A DNA stretch of 61,437 bases, filler included, from Basidiobolus meristosporus CBS 931.73 (Eukaryota; Fungi; Basidiobolomycota), in assembly GCA_002104905.1 (NCBI GenBank). It is 5 parts of 5 records of this genome, joined end to end, with 100 filler letters (N's around TTAATTAATTAA, not from the genome) between each part and the next. Parts side by side here need not be neighbours in the genome. Positions count along the whole stretch, not along the records: positions 48,140 to 61,437 come from MCFE01001211.1; 4 more parts are not named here. The stretch is one strand, 5' to 3'. Under the pieces are notes generated by a model. The model was not told the origin of the DNA and ran no database searches. It was given only the letters and a program-made list of their open reading frames with translations. How positions within the stretch are numbered: the first letter of the stretch is position 1; each line of letters begins with the position of its first letter. Of this stretch, positions 53,105 through 61,437 are shown in pieces. The position numbers and the translations under genes are program-made.

Positions 53105-54460
53105 CTTGACCTTCCTTAACCTATTCTATGTGTTTGTAATGCCAAGACCAGGTAAAAGTATAAATACTACTTTTACATTCAATAAATCATTAAGTGAAAA
53201 CCACATAATCTACTTGTTCTCCCAATCACTTCCAATATCTCCAAGACTCTTACAACAAGATATGAGCCCCAAACTGTCACTCTCTGAGATGTCTAATACT
53301 GCTATTACTGGAATTTTTCCCTCTGCTGACAAGTTGGATGTATCTGACTACCAAGTCTGGAAGATGAAGATGGAGAGGCTGCTACAGGAAAGCAATCTTT
53401 GAGATATAGTCATGGGAGAAGAATGCCCACCTAAAAGCATGGGAGAGGAAGCTTTAAAGTGCCAGAAGAAATAACCAAGTGCCTTTAACTGCATTTGCTT
53501 TAATGCTAAAGACAAATCACTAATTCAATGCTTAAGAGCATAAATGGTAAAGAATACCTGGAAGGCATTAGAAGACACCTACCAGTCATGTTCAGCTGCT
53601 AAGAAAATGTATCTGAGACAAAAATTCTTTGCTACAAAGATGTGGCCAGGAGAAGAAATGAAAAATCTAATTAACAGATTTACCCTGCTGGTGGATGAGA
53701 TGAAATCTGTGCATGTACCAACTACTGATGAGGATATGCTAGTTACCATCCTGAATAGCCTGACAGACAGGTTTCAGGGACTTGTTTCAGCCCTGGAGCT
53801 CAGAACTGAAGATTTGACCTTGAATTATGTATATCAAAGGCTTAAGAAAAACAAGTGTCAATAAAAAGGAAGAAGATAGTGCTTTAATCAGCAATGATAA
53901 CCAACAAAGGAGGTACTCAAGACCCTACAAAGGCAACAAGAACTTGTCAGGCAACTACTGCAACAGGAAGGACCCTGGAAATCAGTCAAAACTTGAGCCA
54001 AAAAGTGTAAAATGAATATCTTAGGGCTACTGCAATGAGAGTAAGGCATACCAACATTACAATACTAAAGCAAAGAAGCTGGTCAAGTCCAGGGATGTGC
54101 TGCTTGATTAAAATTGAATATTATTACAAAAAATGACTTCAGATGATGACAAAAATGTGATTTCAAGTCCACCAATAGTCAGGATCAAATCAGAGGAAAA
54201 CAATGAAGCTTTTTTACTCCAGAGGACTCTAAAACCATGGTTGAGCCTAAATCAGTGCCCAAGAATATCCCAGAAGTGCTCAATCAAGTATCATAAGCCA
54301 GGAGATCCAATTGGACCAGATATAGCCCTAATTACTATATCAATGAGGGTACAAACTTGGCCTATGCCTATTCTGCCCATATTGACAAGCCCCTGACTGT
54401 AAAAGAGTCACTGAATAGCTCTCAGACAAAGCTTTGGAGATCTGCAATGACTGAGGTGTA
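53105..54460 (+). mobile_element. Internally deleted, decayed copia copy
   Basis: Partial LTR, PBS-like GATATGAGCCC and gag, then a jump near 53970 from gag to the post-integrase region. Confidence 0.85.
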
Positions 54461-54884
54461 TAAGCTCTATATGGACTTATCCCATCAGGACTCTGTGCAG
54501 AGATAATTGAACAATAATTGCACCCCAGATTTCACAAAAAACTTGGTCAAAATTCTTCATCACAACAATATATTAGTGGCCTTTGATTGGTTCCCTGCCA
54601 ATTTGCTCACTTTCTGAGCCTGGACACTTGATCACCACCTACATTTGTGTACATTGATTGGTTATTGCCTCTTCTTCACACTCCTTACTTCCTGACTCAA
54701 CCGTTTCTCTTACTTTTTATTTGTACAAATTGATTTATTTCTGTTGAAACTTCAGTTGCACCTCAATTGCCAATTGTATTGATCTATACAAGTCCCTTTA
54801 CCCTACACTAGCATTGAGCCCAACCCCACACTCAACAAGTAACTCCGTTAAAATCTTGCAATTCCAAGCTCTTGGTGATTGTTT

Positions 54885-56738
54885 TGTTGTAAAAATTCGT
54901 ATTTCCACCTAAATATTCACCTAACTTAGTCACTTAGATCATTACCTTCAAATCCTAGAAAATACTGACCAAATTCCTTGTCGGGATTTACTTAGAATAT
55001 TTTCACCAAAATACCAGGTACCCAGAACATGAAAATTCTCAAAGTTGTCCAAACAGCCCCAAACTTTGCACACATGTTCTTGGGACCTTCCTTAACCTAT
55101 TATATGTGCTTTGTAATGCCAAGACCATGTAAAAGTATAAATACTACTTTTACATTCAATAAATCATTAAGTGAAAACCACATAATCTACTTGTTCTCCC
55201 AATCACTTCCAATATCTCCAAGACTCTTACAACAGGTTATGAGCCCCAAGCTGTCACTCTCTGCAATGTCTACTACTGCTATTACTGGAATTTTTCCCTC
55301 TGCTGAAAAGTTGGATGGCTCTAACTACCAAGTGTGGAAGGTGAAGATGAAGATGCTGCTACAAGAAAGAGGCCTTTGGGATATTGTCATGGGAGAAGAA
55401 TGCCCTCCTAAAAACGTGGGAGAGGAAGCCTTAAAGTACCAGAAGAAAGAACAAAGTGCCATTAACTGCATTTGCCTTAATGTCAAGGACAAATTGCTAA
55501 TTCAATGCTCAAGAGCAAAAACGGCAAAGAATGCCTGGAAAGCATTGGAAGACACCTACCAGTCATGTTCAGCTGCCAAGAAAATGTATCTGAGAAGAAA
55601 ATTCTTTACTACAAAGATGCTGCCAGGAGAAGAAATGGAAAATCTAATTAACAGAATTACCCTGCTGGTAGATGAGATGGAATCTGTGGGCATACCAACT
55701 ACTGATGAGGATGTGATAGTTACCATCCTGAATAGCCTGACAGACAAGTTTCAGGGCCTTGTATCAGCCCTAGAGTCCAGAACTGAAGATTTGACCTTAA
55801 ATTATGTATATGGAAGGCTCCTGGATGAAGAATTAAGAAAATCAAGCGCCAATAAGAAGGAAGAAGAAAATGCTTTAATAAGCAATGATAACCAACAAAG
55901 GAGGTACCCAAGACCCTACAAAGGCAACAGCAACCTATTTTACAACTACTGCAAAAGGAAAGGACACACATCAGACCGGTGTTTCAAAAAGAGAGATTAT
56001 CAGCAAAAAAAGCCTGAATATGGAAATGCTGCAACAACTGAAGATAGACTATTCATATCTGCACTAAATATGACCACAAACAAGGATTCTCAGATGTGGT
56101 ACACTGACTCTGGAGCTTCTCAACACTTTGCACACCAAAAACAACTTTTTACCCAATACTAAGAAAATCCAATTAAGAAGGTTTTCATGGGTAACAATAG
56201 AACACTTGATGCAGTGGGAGAAGGAACTATCCAAGTAAACCTTAGAAGCAGTGAAGGAAGCCATACACTAACCTTTAAAGAAGTACTCTATGTACCAGAA
56301 ATAGCCAAGAACCTACTCTCTGTAAGCAAGGCCACAGCAGAAGGACTCAGTTTCAGTTTTGACAATTCTGGATGCAGGATCACTGATCAAAATGGTGCTC
56401 ATATTGCTTTGGGCATCAGAGATCAGAATCTATACAAGTTGACTTATATTCCATCATATCTGGAAGCCAATATAAGTAACTTAAATGAAGAAACACCAAT
56501 GCTTTGGCACAGGAGATCTGGACACATCAATTTTGATTATTTGCGTAAAATGATCAAAGATCAGCTAATTTCTGGAGTGAAAATTGATCCCCCAGCTATT
56601 TTGGAGCACTGTGAAGCCTGCATATATGGGAAACAAGCCATACAACCATTCAAGAGCTCTGGGTTAATCAAAACTAAGAAAAAATTAGATCTAATTCACT
56701 CAGATCTGTGTGGACCTATGCAGAATTTATCCTTAGGC
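54885..56738 (+). mobile_element. Young copia copy (LTR 54885-55234) interrupted by a Ty3/gypsy insertion
   Basis: Highly similar to 14684-16538. CAA>TAA stop at 56160-56162, and the sequence breaks at ...CCTTAGGC|TG. Confidence 0.95.
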
Positions 56739-57267
56739 TGTTATGAATAGACACAAGGCAGGAGAGTAGAGCTAGGCAAGGCAGGACCAGGAAAGGACTT
56801 AGGTGTGGATCAACAAGGCAAGGCGGATTTCCAAGGCAAGGCTGTTTATTCAAGACCTGTGTTTATCAGACTGAGGAATACTTAAGGGGGGATAGGACTA
56901 TATATACTTTTTGGCTATATTGATGCCGAGAGATGTTAGCTAATACTAATGGGGTTGTGGGGTGAGGCACAGCAATGGTGCTGGGGATAATGACATAGAT
57001 GACACGGTACTGAGACAGGATGGGGAAATGGATTGGGTCACCTGATCATGTGACTAAGTCATGTGACCTGGTATTTCCATATATGGTACTGGACTATAAA
57101 AAATACGATGGAAAGCTTCCATGGAATGTTCCATTGTGTAACAATGGTTTGGAATGGTCAGGAACTTTCTGGAAGGTGGTAGAAGGTTCCGGAAGGAATC
57201 TCTTAGAAATTGAGCTGGGAAGCTGAAACTTGGCATGGGTGTTCATGGTTGTCATGTGATCATGACA

Positions 57268-60200
57268 CTATTCTCCTCTTCCAGGCGGAGCTCTGTTTCC
57301 CTTTGGGGCAGGTTTTGCAGGATATTGTTGGTGGAACTGGGTAACTAGTTCTTGACAATTAGTGAGATGTGTAGCTGGTTCCCATGTTTGGTCACTTGGG
57401 CCATAACCAATCCAGTCTACTAAGTAGTACAGCTTTGACCGGATATACTTGGAGTCTAGAATCTGTTTAACTTCAAATTCTTGATGTTGGTCAACCTGGA
57501 TAGCTTGGGGCTTTGCTTCTTGCCGGTTTGGCAATGTGTTCCTACAATACGGCTCCAGGAGGGACACATGGAAAGTATCATGGATTTTCATACTTGCTGG
57601 TAACTGTAGCTGATATACTATAGGGCTAAGCTTCTTCTTGATCTTGAAGGGACCAAGTTTCTTGAAATCCAACTTGTCACAAGGGCGGTTGGTGCTGATG
57701 TTTCTTCTGAGCAACCATACAGAATCTCCTTCATTAAGATCAGGGCTGGGATGCCGTTTTAGATTGGCAAATTTCTTGTAGCTTTCCTGAGCTAAGGATA
57801 GCTCTTCCTTGAGGGTGTTCTGGATGTCCTGGATTGCTTGGGCATGTTCAGCCGCATGTGGGCTCATTGGGTTTGTTGGAATCTGGATATCAAACTGAGG
57901 GTGGAATCCATAGTTTGCATAGAATGGTGTAAAACCGGTTGCACTATGACTTGAGTTGTTGTAGGCAAACTCAGCAACAGGGAGTAGATCAACCCAATTG
58001 TCTTGCTGGTAATTGATATAGCACCGGAGGTATTGCTCCAGAATCTGGTTGATTCTTTCAGTCTGGCCATCAGACTGTGGATGGAAGGCAGTAGAGAGCT
58101 TGACTTGAACACCAAGGTATTGCATGAAGTGTTTCCAAAACTTGGACACAAACTGTGGGCCTCTATCTGACACAATATCACTGGGGATACCATGAAGGCG
58201 GAAAATATTCTTCAGGACTAAAGCAGCAGTTTCTTTTGCATCAGTGTTCTTACAGCAAGGGATGAAGTGAGCCATCTTGGTCAGCCGGTCAGCCACTACA
58301 AGTATAGCATTGAAGCCACATGACTCAGGGAGGTCAGTAATGAAGTCCATAGATATAGATCTCCATTGGTGTTCTGGGATAGGCAGGGGTTGAAGAAGTC
58401 CATAGGGCTGGTGTCTGGCTGGTTTTGCACGGTTGCAAATATCACAAGTCAGAATGTACTCTTTGATAAGAGTTATCATTCTAGGCCACCAGAAATCTCT
58501 TTTGATAGCATTCAAGGTTTTGGCAGTACCAAAGTGGCCTGCAGCCATTGAATCATGCCAAGACTTAATGATGTCTAGCTGGGTGGCAAGGTCTGGGACA
58601 TAAAGCTGCTGCTTGTGGTAGATGAGGTTGTTTACCAAATGCAGGTTCTGGATGTTTGGGAACTTGGGAGGGGGCCCAACTGGGGATTCCAGATATTTCT
58701 TGATGGTGCTGGAAGTCATATCAGAGGCTTGGGATTCTGATATCCTTACTAGGAATGAAGGGATGACAAGACTTGAGGACTGGGTGGCAAGAATCTCAAA
58801 ATGTTTCTTGCTCAGCAATGGGTGTTCCATTTGCCGACAGGCATCATCTCCCTCTTCCAGGGCATATTCCTTTTTTCTGGACAGGGCATCAGGCTTTCCT
58901 TGCTTTGCACCAGGTCTATAGGTGATAGTAAAGTCAAAGCTGGACAGGAAGAGTGACCATCTGGCTTGTCTCCGGTTTAGTACTTTGGAAGTTGTAAAGT
59001 ACTCAAGGTTCTTATGGTCACAGAAGACTTTGATTTTGTGTTTTGCACCGTCCAGGTAGTGTCTCCATTGCTCAAAGGCTACAATGATGGCAAGCAACTC
59101 CTTATCATAGATATCATAGTTGATCTCTGCAGGGGAAAACTTCCGAGAGTAGAATGCAATGGGGTGCAACACATTGTCCTCATCATACTGGGAGAGTATG
59201 GCACCAAGGGCAAAATCAGAAGCATCAGTCTCCACTATGAATTGCTTCTCAAGGTCAGGGTGGGCAAGCAGGGGGGCCTTCAGGAAAGATTTCTTGAGTT
59301 GGTTGAATGAGCTGGATTGCTCCTCATTCCAGGCAAAAGGTGTGTTCTTCTGGGTAAGCTTTGTCAGAGGGGTGACTATCTTGGAGTAGTTGGCTATGAA
59401 CCTGCGATAGAAGTTGGCAAATCCCAGGAAGGATTGTACTTCCTTGACTGAGCTTGGAGTTTTCCAGGACTGGACTGAGTCAACTTTCTTTGGGTCCATT
59501 CTTGTTCCCTCAGGGCTGATGAGGTAACCAAGAAATTCTACTTCTCTCTGGTCAAATTCACACTTCTCTAACTTGGCATAGAGACCGGCAGAGTCTAGTT
59601 TTCTCAATACTTTCTTGACATGTTCATCATGTTCATCTTGGCTCTTGGAGTATATGAGAATATCATCAAGGTAGATTACCACAAACTGGTCAAGGTATTC
59701 ACGGAATATGTCATTCATGAGGTGTTGAAACACAGCAGGGGCATTGGTGAGGCCAAATGGCATTACTTTGTACTCAAAGTGACCATATCTTGTGCGAAAG
59801 GCAGTTTTCCATTCATCACCAGGCTTGATTCTGACAAGATTGTAAGCTCCTCTCAAGTCTATCTTGGTGAAGACTTGGGCAGCAGATAGCTGATCCAACA
59901 GTGTGTTGATCAGGGGCAGGGGGTAGCGGTTCTTGACTGTGATCTTATTCAAAGCACGGTAGTCCACACACATTCTGAGGGTGCCATCCTTCTTCTTGAC
60001 AAAGAGGATTGGGGCTCCAGCAGGTGATTTGGAGTGCTGAATAAAACCCTTCTGGAGGTTTTCTTGAATATAACCATGGAGTTCTTTCAACTCCGGCTGG
60101 GAGAGGTTATATATTGGGCCAAATGGAGGGACTTTTCCATCTTCAAGGTCAATAGGGCAGTCATAAGGCCGATGGTCAGGGAGGAGTTCTGCTTTCTTCT

Positions 60201-60816
60201 TGTCAAAGACATGGGCAAACTCTTGGTACTTGGCTGGTATAGTTGCTGAGGGGGCTCCTTCAGCTGGCAAGGTATCTTGGGCTGTTGAACTGTTGGCAAC
60301 CGTCTTTTCACGGTTATCAGGGTCTGGAGATTTCATGGAGTTGACTTGGTGGGATCTGGTGAATGACAGGATCTTGGATTTCCAATCAATACTTGGATTG
60401 TGGTAGCTCAGCCATGAGCTTCCAAGCACAATAGGATAGTGTGGTGAGTTGATGATGTTGAAGGCAATTCTTTCTTGGTGGGCAGTACTGGACAGCTGGA
60501 GTAAGCATGTTTCATGGGTAACGGCACCAGAGGAGAGTGATCTTCCATCAATAACTTCTACTTGGACTGGACAGGATTTCAAGGTAACAGGAATAGAGTG
60601 CTTCTGGACAAAGGCTTGGTCAATGAAACAGGATGAAGCACCGGAATCAATCAGGGCTAGGGCTGGGACAGGACTGGAGTCAGGGATCTGGATTTTGACA
60701 GGCATTCTCAAGGACTGGATAGATTTTGTGGCAAAGGAAGATTCTTGGATATGCTGGATTTTCATGGGTGGGTCCAGTTGCAAGCCTGTCAGTGCAACTG
60801 GACATTGGAGTTTCCC
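57268..60816 (-). CDS. Pol (protease, RT, RNase H, integrase, chromodomain), reached by -1 frameshift
   Basis: [51 protein letters not shown], and the chromodomain [25 protein letters not shown]. Confidence 0.96.
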   Translation of the reverse strand, partial: GKLQCPVALTGLQLDPPMKIQHIQESSFATKSIQSLRMPVKIQIPDSSPVPALALIDSGASSCFIDQAFVQKHSIPVTLKSCPVQVEVIDGRSLSSGAVTHETCLLQLSSTAHQERIAFNIINSPHYPIVLGSSWLSYHNPSIDWKSKILSFTRSHQVNSMKSPDPDNREKTVANSSTAQDTLPAEGAPSATIPAKYQEFAHVFDKKKAELLPDHRPYDCPIDLEDGKVPPFGPIYNLSQPELKELHGYIQENLQKGFIQHSKSPAGAPILFVKKKDGTLRMCVDYRALNKITVKNRYPLPLINTLLDQLSAAQVFTKIDLRGAYNLVRIKPGDEWKTAFRTRYGHFEYKVMPFGLTNAPAVFQHLMNDIFREYLDQFVVIYLDDILIYSKSQDEHDEHVKKVLRKLDSAGLYAKLEKCEFDQREVEFLGYLISPEGTRMDPKKVDSVQSWKTPSSVKEVQSFLGFANFYRRFIANYSKIVTPLTKLTQKNTPFAWNEEQSSSFNQLKKSFLKAPLLAHPDLEKQFIVETDASDFALGAILSQYDEDNVLHPIAFYSRKFSPAEINYDIYDKELLAIIVAFEQWRHYLDGAKHKIKVFCDHKNLEYFTTSKVLNRRQARWSLFLSSFDFTITYRPGAKQGKPDALSRKKEYALEEGDDACRQMEHPLLSKKHFEILATQSSSLVIPSFLVRISESQASDMTSSTIKKYLESPVGPPPKFPNIQNLHLVNNLIYHKQQLYVPDLATQLDIIKSWHDSMAAGHFGTAKTLNAIKRDFWWPRMITLIKEYILTCDICNRAKPARHQPYGLLQPLPIPEHQWRSISMDFITDLPESCGFNAILVVADRLTKMAHFIPCCKNTDAKETAALVLKNIFRLHGIPSDIVSDRGPQFVSKFWKHFMQYLGVQVKLSTAFHPQSDGQTERINQILEQYLRCYINYQQDNWVDLLPVAEFAYNNSSHSATGFTPFYANYGFHPQFDIQIPTNPMSPHAAEHAQAIQDIQNTLKEELSLAQESYKKFANLKRHPSPDLNEGDSVWLLRRNISTNRPCDKLDFKKLGPFKIKKKLSPIVYQLQLPASMKIHDTFHVSLLEPYCRNTLPNRQEAKPQAIQVDQHQEFEVKQILDSKYIRSKLYYLVDWIGYGPSDQTWEPATHLTNCQELVTQFHQQYPAKPAPKGNRAPPGRGE
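60772..60816 (-). promoter_or_regulatory. -1 programmed ribosomal frameshift signal
   Basis: G GGA AAC in the gag frame (60816-60810), a 6-nt spacer, and a perfect 11-bp stem GTCCAGTTGCA/TGCAACTGGAC with a 10-nt loop. Pol lies in the -1 frame. Confidence 0.88.
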
Positions 60817-61437
60817 GACAGATCTGGATCAGGTTGGTTGCTGGAGGACTGCATCAGCTTGAAGCTGGACTTCTTGTTGGGGCAGGACTTGGCAAAGTGA
60901 CCTGGTTGGCCACAGTATAGACAGAGGTTGGCTTGTTGACGTCTGGACTTTTCACTCTTTGATAGTTTCTTGTATTTGGCACTATCAATCTGCATAGGAT
61001 CTTCTGGAGTGACTTGGGGAGCAGGAGGAGCTGGGACTGCAACAGGAATGTGTCTTTGACGATTCTTTTGCTTCTTCTGGAATAGTCTGTTATCACACCG
61101 GATTGCTTGGTGCATAGCTTCAACCAATGTATCTGGATCTGGGAGTGTGAGTAGCAGATCACAAACTTCATCATTAAGGCCATCTTGGAATTGGCTTATC
61201 AAGGCTGCTTGACCCCAGGAGCTGAGGTCACTGGAGAGTTGTCGGAATTCTGAGGCATAGACTGATGCTGGTTTGTTCCCTTGTTTGAGGGTCTTGATCT
61301 TGTTGGCAGCAGTTCTGGCTTGGTCAAGGTTACCAAATGTTAGCTCCATTTCAGTGAGAAAGGCTTGGTAGTCTCTGAGGAGGGGAGAGTTGGTCTCCAC
61401 TAATGGGGAGAACCACTTGAGAGCTGTACCAGTAAGC
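60789..61437 (-). CDS. Gag (partial; frame open to the window edge)
   Basis: [23 protein letters not shown] and the knuckle [14 protein letters not shown]. Confidence 0.93.
   Translation of the reverse strand, partial: LTGTALKWFSPLVETNSPLLRDYQAFLTEMELTFGNLDQARTAANKIKTLKQGNKPASVYASEFRQLSSDLSSWGQAALISQFQDGLNDEVCDLLLTLPDPDTLVEAMHQAIRCDNRLFQKKQKNRQRHIPVAVPAPPAPQVTPEDPMQIDSAKYKKLSKSEKSRRQQANLCLYCGQPGHFAKSCPNKKSSFKLMQSSSNQPDPDLSGNSNVQLH

Larger units (their letters stand above)
56739..61437 (-). mobile_element. Ty3/gypsy chromovirus (5' part outside the window); 3' LTR 56739-57267
   Basis: 529-bp TG...CA LTR, purine-rich PPT GGAAGAGGAGAATAG abutting it, and intact gag and pol. Confidence 0.96.

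Noticed and set aside
57864-60920. Numerous + strand ORFs antisense to gypsy pol (likewise those antisense to the copia, the LINE and host genes)
   Set aside because: They are shadow frames of real coding sequence with no independent motifs.

Overview
This window is eukaryotic and almost certainly fungal: short GT-AG introns, (TTAGGG)n telomere, ARF1/SPB4/DBF2 genes. An early-diverging lineage is my inference only. It is not one locus. Five contigs (1-12558, 12659-23115, 23216-35278, 35379-48039, 48140-61437) are joined by 100-nt N spacers carrying an artificial TTAATTAATTAA linker. Four contigs are CpG-depleted transposon DNA: one Ty1/copia family at several ages, a nested chromovirus, a two-ORF PIF/Harbinger-superfamily element with its foldback MITEs, and CACTA relics. 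The third contig is gene-dense: ARF1, SPB4, a mannose-6-phosphate-receptor-like gene, DBF2, a GPCR-like gene, a serpin, and two inverted copies of a probable U17/snR30 snoRNA. The highlight is the chromosome end at 19897-23115. It holds a head-to-tail array, all with 3' ends pointing inward, of a non-LTR retrotransposon (intact RT, 5'-truncated at the end of the APE domain) and a ~520-nt non-coding, tRNA-promoter, SINE-like partner. The two share a 3' AATAAA + stem-loop + CCCCTAA tail, are separated by short TTAGGG runs and are capped by the telomere. This looks like a telomere-targeted LINE/SINE pair.
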